64,000 nt of DNA from a candidate division WOR-3 bacterium (lineage in GTDB: Bacteria; Hydrothermota; Tepidihabitantia; Tepidihabitantales; DTDR01). A model generated the notes under the pieces. That model saw only the letters and a program-made list of their open reading frames with translations, ran no database searches and had not been told where the DNA came from. The translations under genes and the position numbers were made by a program. Position 1 is the stretch's first letter. Each line of letters begins with the position of its first letter. The stretch covers positions 336 to 64,335 of the forward strand of contig JBDRVE010000002.1 of assembly GCA_039801725.1 (NCBI GenBank). The letters are read 5' to 3'. This document shows positions 1 through 9,888 of this stretch, one piece after another.

Positions 1-13
1 CTCTTTAATTTTC

Positions 14-376
14 TCATAGGATAATACTAAAAAGGTCAATCCTTAATTTTTCCATAATCTCTTTATTTAAGCCTTTTGCTTCCCATTTACTTTCAGTAAT
101 CGCAACAAGTTTATAAAGCATAATACCCGAATATTTATTAGTAAGTCGCCAGATTTCCTTAACATAAGAGAAATAATATAGATATTGGGTAGGTATTGTA
201 TCTGGATGGGAATCCAAGATTGCCTTTATTTTGGTATCCAAGGAAGTGAGTTCCTGGTATTTTGGGATTACATTCTCAATCATCTGTTCTTTTAAGGCAT
301 CGTATCTTTTCTTATTAATTTCTGGTTCTAATTTAGCGATATATTTATTAATTCTTTGATAGGCGTTTCTTACCAT
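14..376 (-). CDS. hypothetical protein (120 aa)
   Basis: Complete ORF. On the minus strand AAAGGAGG lies 5 nt upstream of the ATG at 376. No recognisable family motifs. Confidence 0.5.
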   Translation of the reverse strand: MVRNAYQRINKYIAKLEPEINKKRYDALKEQMIENVIPKYQELTSLDTKIKAILDSHPDTIPTQYLYYFSYVKEIWRLTNKYSGIMLYKLVAITESKWEAKGLNKEIMEKLRIDLFSIIL

Positions 377-451
377 AATATCCTCCTTTTTATATAAATT
401 AAGTGGTGAAGGGCCATAGGCTCTTCTCCCTTACATATATATAACGGAAAA

Positions 452-478
452 GAGTGGCAAAAGGTTACCACTTTTTTT
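452..478 (+). terminator. Hairpin (AGTGG-n10-CCACT) followed by a T7 run in the leader upstream of mgtA; candidate intrinsic terminator/attenuator
   Basis: Read directly in the sequence: agagtggcaaaaggttaccacttttttt. No plus-strand gene ends here, so an attenuator role is inferred. Confidence 0.35.
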
Positions 479-605
479 AATTCATTTTGCGACAAATTAC
501 AAAAACCATTTATTATTTACTTTTATAATATTTTGACAAAAAGATAGAGATAATTAAAATTATAGCGAAATTGAAAGGAATTTTATATTCTATATATAAA
601 AAGAT

Positions 606-3134
606 ATGGCGGAAAAGGAGATAAAGCCATTCTGGAATAAAGAACCTACGGAAGTTTTGAAAGAACTCAATACAGATAACGAAGGTCTCACGAGTGTTGA
701 AGCAGCCCAACGTATTAAGATATATGGTCCCAATGTTTTAAAGCCTTCAAAAAGACTTACCACTCTTTCTCTTTTTCTTTCCCAATTTAAAAGTCCGATT
801 ATTATTCTTCTTATTCTTGCAGTTATTTTATCTTTTTTTCTTAAAGAATTTACCGATGCGATAATAATCCTCATAATTGTCATCGCCAGCGGTATACTTA
901 GTTTTATTCAAGAGAAGAATGCCCAAGATGTGATTGCCAAACTTCTCGCTATTGTCCAAGTAAAAACCAAAGTCTTGCGTGATAAAAAGCCGGTTGAAAT
1001 TCCGGTAGAAGATGTTGTTCCTGGTGATATTGTCCTTCTTGGTGCGGGTGATATTGTTCCTGGTGACTGTTTAGTTTTGCAATCTAAAGATCTTTTTGTT
1101 AATGAAGCAATCCTAACCGGTGAAACATTTCCGGTAGAAAAGGAACCAGGTATTATTCCAGCCGATACACCGTTAGCCCACCGTACCAATTCATTATTTA
1201 TGGGTACTCACATTGTTAGCGGAAGTGCCCAAGCATTGGTTGTCTATACTGGTCGTTCCACCGAATTTGGTAAGGTTTCCGAGCGTTTAAAGCTCAAACC
1301 TCCGGAAACGGAATTTCAAAGAGGAGTTAATAGGTTTGGTTTCTTTTTAATGGAAGTAACTTCTTTGTTCGTTATTATAATCTTTGGTATGAATGTTTAT
1401 TTGAAAAAACCGGTGCTCGATTCTTTTCTTTTTGCTTTGGCACTGGCAATTGGCTTTACTCCTCAACTCTTGCCGGCAATCATAAGCATCAATTTAGCGC
1501 ATGGTGCCAAAGGAATGGCAAAAAAGAAGGTTATTGTCAAAAAACTTGCTTCGATAGAAAATTTTGGCAGTATGAATATTCTCTGTTCGGATAAAACTGG
1601 TACCTTGACAGAAGGGATGGTTCAAGTAAAAAAGGCAATTGATATTGAAGGTAGAGAAAGTGAAAAAGTTCTTTTTTATGCGTATCTTAACGCCTTTTAT
1701 CAAACGGGATTAAAAAATCCTATTGATGAAGCCATATTGAATTTTAAAAAATTTTCTCTTGCCAGTTGTAAAAAACTGGATGAAGTTCCTTATGATTTTA
1801 CTCGCAAACGGTTAAGTATCTTGGTACAAATAGAAAATGAAGTGATAATGATTACCAAAGGAGCAATTTCTAATATTTTAGAAATTTGCTCAAAAGCGGA
1901 GATGTCGGATGGAAAGATTGTTGAGATTAGCACGGTTTATCCCCTTATTGAAGAACGTCTAAATGAATTTAACAGAAATAGTTTTCGTTTTCTCGGTATT
2001 GCCTATCGGAAAATGAACGAAGATAGAACTATTTCCCAAAAAGATGAAACAGGTATGATTTTTCTTGGTTTTCTTGCTTTTTTCGATCCGCCTAAAAAGG
2101 ATGTTGCCCAAACTATAAGGAAGTTAAACAGATTAGGGCTCTCTCTGAAAATTATAACTGGCGACAATAAGCAGGTGGCGATAAATGTTGCTAAACAGAT
2201 TGGATTAAAAGAACCGAAGGTCCTAACCGGTAAAGAACTTCAGCAGATAGTAGATGAGGCATTGCTGGTAATAGCGCCGGATATTAACATTTTCGCCGAA
2301 GTGGAGCCCAGTCATAAAGAACGGATTGTGTTAGCTCTTAAAAAACTGGGGAATGTTGTTGGCTATATGGGCGATGGTATAAATGACATATCAGCACTGC
2401 ACACTGCCGATGTTGGTATATCTGTAGATAGTGCAGTGGATGCTGCCAAGGAAGCAGCCGATATTGTTCTTTTGGAAAAAGACCTCAACGTATTATTAGA
2501 GGGTGTGCATCACGGTCGTTTAACCTTTGCCAATACACTAAAATATATTTTTATGGCAACAAGTGCTAATTTCGGTAATATGTTCAGTATGGCAGGAGTT
2601 TCTTTATTTTTACCCTTTCTTCCGCTCTTACCCAAACAGGTTTTACTTACCAATCTTTTGACCGATTTTCCCGAAATGACTATTGCTACTGATAATGTGG
2701 ATAAGGAAATGATTGAAACTCCTCAACGTTGGAATATAAACTTTATCCGTCGGTTTATGATTATTTTTGGTTTGATAAGTTCAATCTTTGATTATCTCAC
2801 TTTTGGAGTCCTTCTCTTTCTTCTTCACGCATCAACCGAACAATTTCGTACTGGTTGGTTTGTGAAATCGGTTGTATCAGCAGCACTTATTGTGCTTGTT
2901 ATAAGGAGCCGTAGACCTTTCTTTAAAAGTTTGCCGGGAAGATATCTCTTGTTGGCAACCAGTTTAATTATGTTGCTAACCATTATCCTGCCTTGGTTGC
3001 CGATTGGGAAACTTTTTGGTTTTGTCGGTTTACCAATTTCTTTTATTTTTGTCTCATTTATTATACTGGCTCTTTATGTGATTACTGCCGAAATAACAAA
3101 ATACCTTTTCTATCGAAAGATAAACAAAATTTGA
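606..3134 (+). CDS. mgtA: Mg2+-importing P-type ATPase (MgtA-type, P3B)
   Basis: Has the DKTGTLT phosphorylation motif. The TM4 segment TPQLLPAIISINLAHGA...VIVKKLASIENFGSMNILCSDKTGTLT closely resembles MgtA. Also has the GDGINDISAL hinge. 842 aa, TGA stop. Confidence 0.85.
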   Translation: MAEKEIKPFWNKEPTEVLKELNTDNEGLTSVEAAQRIKIYGPNVLKPSKRLTTLSLFLSQFKSPIIILLILAVILSFFLKEFTDAIIILIIVIASGILSFIQEKNAQDVIAKLLAIVQVKTKVLRDKKPVEIPVEDVVPGDIVLLGAGDIVPGDCLVLQSKDLFVNEAILTGETFPVEKEPGIIPADTPLAHRTNSLFMGTHIVSGSAQALVVYTGRSTEFGKVSERLKLKPPETEFQRGVNRFGFFLMEVTSLFVIIIFGMNVYLKKPVLDSFLFALALAIGFTPQLLPAIISINLAHGAKGMAKKKVIVKKLASIENFGSMNILCSDKTGTLTEGMVQVKKAIDIEGRESEKVLFYAYLNAFYQTGLKNPIDEAILNFKKFSLASCKKLDEVPYDFTRKRLSILVQIENEVIMITKGAISNILEICSKAEMSDGKIVEISTVYPLIEERLNEFNRNSFRFLGIAYRKMNEDRTISQKDETGMIFLGFLAFFDPPKKDVAQTIRKLNRLGLSLKIITGDNKQVAINVAKQIGLKEPKVLTGKELQQIVDEALLVIAPDINIFAEVEPSHKERIVLALKKLGNVVGYMGDGINDISALHTADVGISVDSAVDAAKEAADIVLLEKDLNVLLEGVHHGRLTFANTLKYIFMATSANFGNMFSMAGVSLFLPFLPLLPKQVLLTNLLTDFPEMTIATDNVDKEMIETPQRWNINFIRRFMIIFGLISSIFDYLTFGVLLFLLHASTEQFRTGWFVKSVVSAALIVLVIRSRRPFFKSLPGRYLLLATSLIMLLTIILPWLPIGKLFGFVGLPISFIFVSFIILALYVITAEITKYLFYRKINKI

Positions 3135-3149
3135 TATTATTACTTCTTA

Positions 3150-3177
3150 TTGACTTTTCAATATTTTGTATTATATT
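3150..3177 (+). promoter_or_regulatory. sigma70-like promoter (TTGACT-16-TATATT) for the nrdR-nrdD operon
   Basis: -35 at 3150-3155 and -10 at 3172-3177, about 25 bp upstream of the nrdR ATG. Confidence 0.5.
3156..3171 (+). promoter_or_regulatory. NrdR box 2 (tttCAATATTTTGtat) inside the promoter spacer
   Basis: Matches the NrdR-box core CwAtATaTwG with one weak-position mismatch. Its centre is 29 bp from box 1. Confidence 0.45.
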
Positions 3178-3184
3178 TTATAAA

Positions 3185-3200
3185 ATACAATATATTGATT
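3185..3200 (+). promoter_or_regulatory. NrdR box 1 (ataCAATATATTGatt), palindromic, abutting the nrdR start codon
   Basis: CAATATATTG is a perfect palindrome. 13 of 16 positions match the published NrdR-box consensus acaCwAtATaTwGtgt. Confidence 0.55.
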
Positions 3201-3671
3201 ATGAGATGTCCTAATTGTAATGTTGATAACGACCGGGTGATTGATTCGAGGCCGGTGTTGAATGGTGAGGCGATTAGAAGAAGGCGGGAGTGTTTGAATT
3301 GTGGCCAGCGGTTTACTACTTTTGAATATATTGAACAGATTCCGTTAATGGTAATAAAGTCGGATGGTCGAAGAGAGCCTTATAATCGAGAAAAATTAAT
3401 TAAAGGAATTGTTTTGGCTTGTCGGAAGAGACCGATTTCTCAAGAGAAGATTCAGGAGATCGTTAATTTAATTGAAAAAGAAATGATTGATAATAATCAA
3501 TTAGAAGTAGAATCCAAATATTTGGGCGAAAGGGTTTTAGATTATTTAAAAAGAATTGATGAGGTTGCTTATGTAAGATTTGCTTCGGTATATAAAAATT
3601 TTCAAAATATTGATGAATTTATTAAAGAAATTAAAAAGATGAAAAAGGAGGAAGAAGATGGCAAAAGTTAA
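3201..3671 (+). CDS. nrdR: transcriptional repressor NrdR (zinc ribbon + ATP cone)
   Basis: N-terminus MRCPNCNVDNDRVIDSRPV...CLNCGQRFTTFE is the NrdR CxxC-x-CxxC ribbon. Start chosen at the internal ATG at 3201; the ORF-track start at 3150 would add a non-conserved leader. Confidence 0.85.
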   Translation: MRCPNCNVDNDRVIDSRPVLNGEAIRRRRECLNCGQRFTTFEYIEQIPLMVIKSDGRREPYNREKLIKGIVLACRKRPISQEKIQEIVNLIEKEMIDNNQLEVESKYLGERVLDYLKRIDEVAYVRFASVYKNFQNIDEFIKEIKKMKKEEEDGKS

Positions 3672-6060
3672 AAATAGTATTATCTATGTTGAGAAAAAGG
3701 ATAAGAGAAAAGAATTTTTTTCTCATAACAAAATTTTCCAAAGTATTTATAATGCTGGCTGCGAAGTTGGTCAGTTTGACAAAGAATTTTTTAAAAGATT
3801 AACAAAAGAGATTGTCAAATTATTAAGGAATGAAAACGGTGATAACGGGGTTATTGATACTGAAACGATTAGCGAAACAATAAAAAGAGTTTTGAGTCAT
3901 TATGGTTATTACGAAATCCTTAAGGCTTATAATGATTTTTATAAGCGAAAACTATTTCTAAAAGAAACTGTCCAAACTGAATTTTCTTTTGTTAAAGAAG
4001 TAAAAGAGTCAACCGATTTTGCTTTATTTGTCCAAACTTCGCAAGAATTAATCGAAAAATGGGATAGAAATAAAATTGTCAAGGCATTAATTCGTGAGAC
4101 CGCTTTAGATGAAGAGACAGCAAATACGATCGCTTTAGAAGTAGAGGATTTTATAAAAAAAGCCCAACCAAAGGTAATCACAAGTAATTTAATCCGAGAA
4201 CTGGTCAATGCTAAATTAATTGAAAAAGGTTTGTTTGAAATTAGAAAGAGACATCAAAGATTAGGAATTCCTTTGTATGATGTTGAAAGGATTTTATTTT
4301 ATCGAAATAAAGAGAACGCCAATACTCCTCATTGTCCTGAGGGGACCAATCTTACTTTAGCCGAAGCAATCAATAAACAGTATGCTTTAGAAGTTGTTTA
4401 TAGTGCTGATGTTGCCGAAGCCCATATTCGTGGCGATATTCATATTCACGATTTAGGGTTTATCAACCGACCCTATTGTTCGGGGCAATCGGTAGAGTAT
4501 GTGAAAAAATTTGGACTTTCTTTACCGGGTGCTTTATCTATTGCCAAACCTGCTAAACATCCGGAAACCCTTTTAGCCCATATGGTAAAATTTTCTGCTG
4601 CTTTACAAGGTCATTTTGCGGGTGCGATTGGTTGGGATGCGGTAAATATTTTTTTTGCTCCCTTTTTAGTAGGAATGTCCGATAAAGATTTATATCAACT
4701 TGCGCAAATGCTTATTTTTGAATATTCCCAACAAAATGTTGCTCGGGGAGGACAGGCAATATTTTCTGATTTAAATCTTTATTGGGAAATTCCCAAACAT
4801 TTTGAAAATACACCGGCTATTGGTCCGGGTGGAGAGTATACTGGTAAAACTTACAAAGATTATTTAAAAGAAGCTCAAAGGTTTTTAAAAGCAATCTTTT
4901 ATGTCTATTTAGATGGTGATGGTAGTGGTCGACCTTTCTTTTTCCCTAAGCCTCTTGTTCATATTACTGAAAGGTTTTTCCAAACGGAAGGTTATGAAGA
5001 GTTTTTATATTTAATTTCAGAAGTCGCGAGCGAAAAAGGAAATACCTATTTTGTTTTTGACCGGGGAGAAACCGCAAAAATTTCTGAATGTTGTCGCTTA
5101 GCTTTTAAATTAGATGAAAACGATCTAAAAGATGCTATGCAGCCTTGGAAAATGCGTTATTGTGCTCTTCAAAATGTTACTTTAAATTTACCAAGAATCG
5201 CTTATTTGGCTAATCATAATGATGAAATACTTTTTAACAAAATAAAAGAGTTTTTTGAATTAGCGATCAAAGCTCATATTCAAAAAAGGAATTTCTTAGA
5301 AAATCTATTAAGATTGAAAGATGAAGGACCTTTGGCTTTATTGGCAATGGAACGAGATGGAGAACCTTATCTAAGGATGTACCGAGTTACTTATCTCATT
5401 GGAATTCTGGGATTAAATGAGTTGGTCCAGTATCATTTAGGAAAAGAATTGGCAGAGGATGACGAAGCTTTTAAATTTGGTCTAAAAGTAATCGCTTATC
5501 TTAAATTCCTTTGTGATAGGTATTCTAAAATTTTTAATATGCGTTTTGTTTTGGAACAGACACCGGCCGAGAGTTGTGCCTATCGTCTTGCCAAGTTAGA
5601 TATGGAATATTATCCCAACCAAGCAAAAATGGTTGTCAAGGGAAGTATTTCCAAGGATAGTGTTTACTATACTAATTCTACTTATTTAAATATCAGCGCA
5701 CCAATTCCGCCAATGGAAAGAGTTTACAAAGAAGGTAAATTTCACGACCTAATTGAAGCCGGTGCTTTAACCCATATTTGGTTAGCCGATACCAAACCAC
5801 CAAAAGAAAGTATTGCTAACTTTGTAATTAAAACCTTTCACTATACTCGAAACGCTCAAATTGCTTTTTCACCGGAGTTTACTACTTGTAATACCTGTTT
5901 AAAAACTTCTCGGGGATTACGTCAAGTTTGTCCTTATTGTCAATCCAAAAATGTGGACCACATAACCAGAGTAACCGGTTACTTTTCTCGGGTTTCTGCT
6001 TGGAATAAAGGCAAAAAACAGGAATTAAAAGATCGCTATAAGGGAGCAGAAATTATTTAA
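3658..6060 (+). CDS. nrdD: anaerobic ribonucleoside-triphosphate reductase, class III (NrdD)
   Basis: 800 aa. C-terminal CxxC...CxxC zinc ribbon followed by the glycyl-radical motif RVTGYFS. AAGGAGG RBS upstream. Overlaps the nrdR stop. Confidence 0.85.
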   Translation: MAKVKNSIIYVEKKDKRKEFFSHNKIFQSIYNAGCEVGQFDKEFFKRLTKEIVKLLRNENGDNGVIDTETISETIKRVLSHYGYYEILKAYNDFYKRKLFLKETVQTEFSFVKEVKESTDFALFVQTSQELIEKWDRNKIVKALIRETALDEETANTIALEVEDFIKKAQPKVITSNLIRELVNAKLIEKGLFEIRKRHQRLGIPLYDVERILFYRNKENANTPHCPEGTNLTLAEAINKQYALEVVYSADVAEAHIRGDIHIHDLGFINRPYCSGQSVEYVKKFGLSLPGALSIAKPAKHPETLLAHMVKFSAALQGHFAGAIGWDAVNIFFAPFLVGMSDKDLYQLAQMLIFEYSQQNVARGGQAIFSDLNLYWEIPKHFENTPAIGPGGEYTGKTYKDYLKEAQRFLKAIFYVYLDGDGSGRPFFFPKPLVHITERFFQTEGYEEFLYLISEVASEKGNTYFVFDRGETAKISECCRLAFKLDENDLKDAMQPWKMRYCALQNVTLNLPRIAYLANHNDEILFNKIKEFFELAIKAHIQKRNFLENLLRLKDEGPLALLAMERDGEPYLRMYRVTYLIGILGLNELVQYHLGKELAEDDEAFKFGLKVIAYLKFLCDRYSKIFNMRFVLEQTPAESCAYRLAKLDMEYYPNQAKMVVKGSISKDSVYYTNSTYLNISAPIPPMERVYKEGKFHDLIEAGALTHIWLADTKPPKESIANFVIKTFHYTRNAQIAFSPEFTTCNTCLKTSRGLRQVCPYCQSKNVDHITRVTGYFSRVSAWNKGKKQELKDRYKGAEII

Positions 6061-8149
6061 ATAGCGAATAGCGTAAGATAAATCCCAAAAAAACAATCGA
6101 AATCATTGACATCAATTTAATTAAAATATTAAGAGAAGGACCAGCAGCATCTTTAAAGGGATCGCCGACAGTATCACCTACTACCGCGGCTTTATGAGCA
6201 GAAGAGCCTTTGCCGCCAAAATTTCCCTTTTCGATATATTTCTTGGCATTATCCCAAGAGGCACCAGCATTTGCCATCATTACCGCACAAACAAAACCAG
6301 CAGTTAAGGCACCCGCTAAAAGACCGCAAACTCCTTCGACTCCCAAAAAAATACCAACAAGAATTGGTGCGATAATTGCTAATAAAGCGGGCAAAATCAT
6401 TTCTTTTTGGGCTGCTCTGGTACAGATACCTACCGCCTTGCCATAATCCGGTTTTGCTTTTCCTTCTAATAAACCGATAATTTCCCGAAATTGTCGTCTC
6501 ACTTCTTCAACAATTTTCTGTGCTGCTCGGCCAACTGCTTTCATAATCAAAGAAGCAAAAGCATAAGGGAGCATTGCTCCCAAAAATAATCCGGCGATTA
6601 ACCGAGGGTTTAAAAGAAATAAATCTAATATTTTTTTACCTTCGCTAACAATCTTTACTTCTTCGCGATAAGAAGCAATTAATGCTAAAGCAGTTAATGC
6701 TGCTGAACCAATAGCAAAACCTTTACCTGTCGCAGCTGTCGTATTCCCTAAAGCATCTAAAGCATCGGTTCTTTCTCTTACATAAGGTGGTTGGTGAGAC
6801 ATCTGGGCATTGCCACCAGCATTATCAGCTACCGGACCATAAGCATCGCTAGCCAACGTTATTCCTAAAGTAGAAAGCATACTAACTGCCGAAATTCCGA
6901 TTCCGTAAAGTCCTAAAGAAAAATTATAAAAACCACCGCTTAAATAAAAACTACAGATTACTCCACAAGCAACAATAATTACAATCGCTAAAGTAGACAA
7001 CATCCCTACTGAAATGCCTTCAATAATTACCGTTGCTGGCGAAGCTGTGGCTGCCGAGGCTAAACTACGAGTAGGTAAATAAGCATCGGAAGTAAAAAAT
7101 TCAGTAAAGAAACCAATACCAATACCTACTAATAAACCAGCAAGAACTGCCCAATAAATATTTATATATTCATTGCCCAAAACTGATTTTACAGCAAAAT
7201 AAGAGAATAAAGCAACAAGGAAAGTGGCTAAATAGATTCCTCTTCTTAAAGCACTGAGTAAAGCTAACTGATTTGCTTCTTCTCCTGTTCGGACAAGAAA
7301 ATAACCAACAATCGAAGAAACGGTTCCAATTCCCGCAATAACGAGAGGTAATAACACTCCGTTCTCTTTTAATCCAGCAGCAACTGATAAAGCCATTGTT
7401 GCTACTATAGAGCCAACATAAGATTCATACAGATCGGCGCCCATTCCAGCAATATCACCAACATTATCGCCAACATTATCGGCAATTACTGCTGGATTTC
7501 TTGGATCATCTTCAGGAATTCCAGCTTCTACTTTTCCAACTAAATCAGCACCCACATCAGCAGCTTTTGTGTAAATTCCTCCACCAACCCTGGCAAAAAG
7601 TGCTTGAGAGGAAGCACCAATTCCGAATCCCAGCATAGTGGAGGTAATTTTTTCCATCCGAATTGTAATTTCTAAAGATTGATAGACTTTAGAAAGAATA
7701 AAATACCAAATCGCTAAATCTAATAAAGCAAGTCCGACGACCACTAAACCCATTACCATTCCGGCAGAAAAGGCGATCCTTAATCCAGCATTTAATGATC
7801 TTTTACAGGCATTAGTTGTTCTTGCTGAAGAACGAACACCGATTGACATTCCAATAAATCCTGATAAACCGGAGAAGAAGCCACCGGTGATAAAAGCAAA
7901 GGGAACAAATATCGGTAACATTTTATTTAAAGCCAAATAAAGCAATATAATGAAAAGAACTACGAAATAAATACTAACCACTTGATATTGTCTTTTTAAA
8001 TAGGCGGTGGCACCTTCCTTTACGGCTTCGGCGATTTTGCGCATTTCGGGTTCGCCTTCGTTTTCTTTAAAGATTTTGAAAATTAAAAAAATTACAAATA
8101 AAATTGCGATAATTGAACTTATTGGTGCAAAATAGTACCAGGTATTCAT
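6053..8149 (-). CDS. hppA: membrane-bound proton/sodium-translocating pyrophosphatase (K+-dependent type)
   Basis: Has the DNVGDNVGD motif and GNTTAATGKGFAIGSAAL; Ala at the K+-dependence position. 698 aa, polytopic. Confidence 0.85.
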   Translation of the reverse strand: MNTWYYFAPISSIIAILFVIFLIFKIFKENEGEPEMRKIAEAVKEGATAYLKRQYQVVSIYFVVLFIILLYLALNKMLPIFVPFAFITGGFFSGLSGFIGMSIGVRSSARTTNACKRSLNAGLRIAFSAGMVMGLVVVGLALLDLAIWYFILSKVYQSLEITIRMEKITSTMLGFGIGASSQALFARVGGGIYTKAADVGADLVGKVEAGIPEDDPRNPAVIADNVGDNVGDIAGMGADLYESYVGSIVATMALSVAAGLKENGVLLPLVIAGIGTVSSIVGYFLVRTGEEANQLALLSALRRGIYLATFLVALFSYFAVKSVLGNEYINIYWAVLAGLLVGIGIGFFTEFFTSDAYLPTRSLASAATASPATVIIEGISVGMLSTLAIVIIVACGVICSFYLSGGFYNFSLGLYGIGISAVSMLSTLGITLASDAYGPVADNAGGNAQMSHQPPYVRERTDALDALGNTTAATGKGFAIGSAALTALALIASYREEVKIVSEGKKILDLFLLNPRLIAGLFLGAMLPYAFASLIMKAVGRAAQKIVEEVRRQFREIIGLLEGKAKPDYGKAVGICTRAAQKEMILPALLAIIAPILVGIFLGVEGVCGLLAGALTAGFVCAVMMANAGASWDNAKKYIEKGNFGGKGSSAHKAAVVGDTVGDPFKDAAGPSLNILIKLMSMISIVFLGFILRYSLFK

Positions 8150-8204
8150 AGTTTTTATTATAATAATTTATTGAATTTTTTGCAAATATTTTCTATAATT
8201 TGTT

Positions 8205-9842
8205 ATGAAAATTTTCTTAATAATTTCATTTTTGTTTAATTTAGAATATCAAGAGTCTTCTAACGGTTTGGTTCCTCCTACCTTAGAAGGTGGCAGATTG
8301 GAAATAGAAATGGTTGACATTAATTTTGATGGCAATTTAGATTTAATTTCTATTGGTGACCATGGTTCTCCTTATATCAATACTGATCAACACGGCATTA
8401 TGGTGTGGTTTGGCGATGGTCGAGGAAATTGGCAGGTTTATATGAATGGTGATTTTGGTTATGGAGGGATTGCCTATGGTGATGTGAATAATGATGGTTT
8501 TTTAGATGTTGGCTATGGGATGCATCACAATTATTCAAGGAATGATTTTGGTGACCAGTTATTAGAGGTGGCTTTGGGAGATGGAACAGGCAGAAATTGG
8601 ATTCCTTGGGATGATAGTTTGGCAACCCATGGTCAAGATTGGGGAATGTTTTGTGTTGATTTTGCTGATGTTAATAATGATGGGCTTTTAGATATCGGTG
8701 CTAATTCTTTTGGTGCCGATGACGGAATTCATATTTATTTAAATTTGGGTAATGGAACTTGGCGAAGAAGTTTTGGTTTTATCGGTGGCAATTCCAATAT
8801 GGATTTCGTCTTTGGTGATATTAATAAAGATGGTAATATAGATTTTGCGGTTGCTCATCAATATGGTAGTGTCTATTTTGGAGACGGAACTGGTAATTTT
8901 GTTTTAGCCCACCGTAATTTACCTTCTCCAGGGCTTGTTGGTTATTATAGTGTATCTTTAAGCGATGTAGATAATGACGGTGGTATGGATTTAGGATTTA
9001 TTAATCCGCAAGGTGGTATTGAAGTTTGGATTTTTAATGAAGAAGGAGATAGTTGGGAAAATTTTTCTGGCAATTTACCATCTTCGGGTTCTTATCAGAG
9101 AATACAACTTTTTGATATGAATTGCGACGGTTTTATTGATGTTATTGCCCAAGGTAATGGAGTTTTGAAAATATATTTAGGTAATGGCAGAGGCAATTGG
9201 CAGGAAACAGTAACGATTAATACTCCCTCTCCGGGAACCGGACAAGAATTAAAAGTCGGTGGCGATTGTGACCATAATGGTTATCCGGATATAATTTTAG
9301 TAACGCGAGAAGGAACTTGGCCCAATTATCGAAATCGGGCAAGATTTTTTAAAGAGACATCAATACCAGAAAATTTAAATATCTTTCCAGTTTTTCCTAA
9401 AGGTTATGAAATATTTCAACCTAATTCAGTTAATTTTATTAGGTGGCTCTCGGCTGTACCCAATCATCCCCAAAACCCCTCTTTTGTAAAAATTGAGTTT
9501 TCTGCTAATGGATCTAATGGACCTTTTATTACTCTTACCGATTCTTTTCCTAATACTGGTTTTTATCAATGGCAAATTCCCAATATTATAAGTAATAACT
9601 GCTATCTTAAGTTTACTTTATTTACTGCCACCGATACTGTTTCGGCATTAACTAACCGACCTTTCGCCATAGGTATCACTAGCGATATTAAAGATTATAA
9701 AGATGGTAAAATAAAAAGGAAAAATTTTGAAACGGCAAAGACTTTTAATATTACAGGTCAAGAGGTTAAAAAAAATCAGAAAAAAGGAATATATTTTGTT
9801 AAGGAAAATAAAAAGTTTAAAAAATTGGTTATTATCAAATAA
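8205..9842 (+). CDS. secreted FG-GAP/VCBS-repeat protein with a type IX secretion-like C-terminal sorting domain
   Basis: Signal peptide. At least seven Dx[DN]xDGxxD repeats (DVNNDGFLDVG, DVNNDGLLDIG, DINKDGNIDFA and others). C-terminus NITGQEVKK..GIYFVKENKKFKKLVIIK resembles a T9SS C-terminal domain. Confidence 0.6.
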   Translation: MKIFLIISFLFNLEYQESSNGLVPPTLEGGRLEIEMVDINFDGNLDLISIGDHGSPYINTDQHGIMVWFGDGRGNWQVYMNGDFGYGGIAYGDVNNDGFLDVGYGMHHNYSRNDFGDQLLEVALGDGTGRNWIPWDDSLATHGQDWGMFCVDFADVNNDGLLDIGANSFGADDGIHIYLNLGNGTWRRSFGFIGGNSNMDFVFGDINKDGNIDFAVAHQYGSVYFGDGTGNFVLAHRNLPSPGLVGYYSVSLSDVDNDGGMDLGFINPQGGIEVWIFNEEGDSWENFSGNLPSSGSYQRIQLFDMNCDGFIDVIAQGNGVLKIYLGNGRGNWQETVTINTPSPGTGQELKVGGDCDHNGYPDIILVTREGTWPNYRNRARFFKETSIPENLNIFPVFPKGYEIFQPNSVNFIRWLSAVPNHPQNPSFVKIEFSANGSNGPFITLTDSFPNTGFYQWQIPNIISNNCYLKFTLFTATDTVSALTNRPFAIGITSDIKDYKDGKIKRKNFETAKTFNITGQEVKKNQKKGIYFVKENKKFKKLVIIK

Positions 9843-9888
9843 ATTAAATATTGATTTTTAGACAATTTATTTTTAAAATTAAATTAAA

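Noticed and set aside
377-605. M-box (ykoK) Mg2+ riboswitch upstream of mgtA
   Set aside because: I looked for the conserved M-box core motifs and could not find them. Only a generic hairpin plus T-run is present. It is reported as a possible attenuator, not a riboswitch.
513-1189. Minus-strand ORFs 513..710, 590..883 and 908..1189 from the six-frame track
   Set aside because: They are antisense to or overlap the well-supported mgtA gene and its leader, and have low-complexity sequences typical of AT-rich antisense frames. The same applies to 1494..1703, 3939..4208, 6210..6446, 8398..8625, 9999..10250, 14406..14681, 24825..25097, 30574..31352, 46087..46651, 47094..47933, 48190..49052, 55881..56948 and similar.
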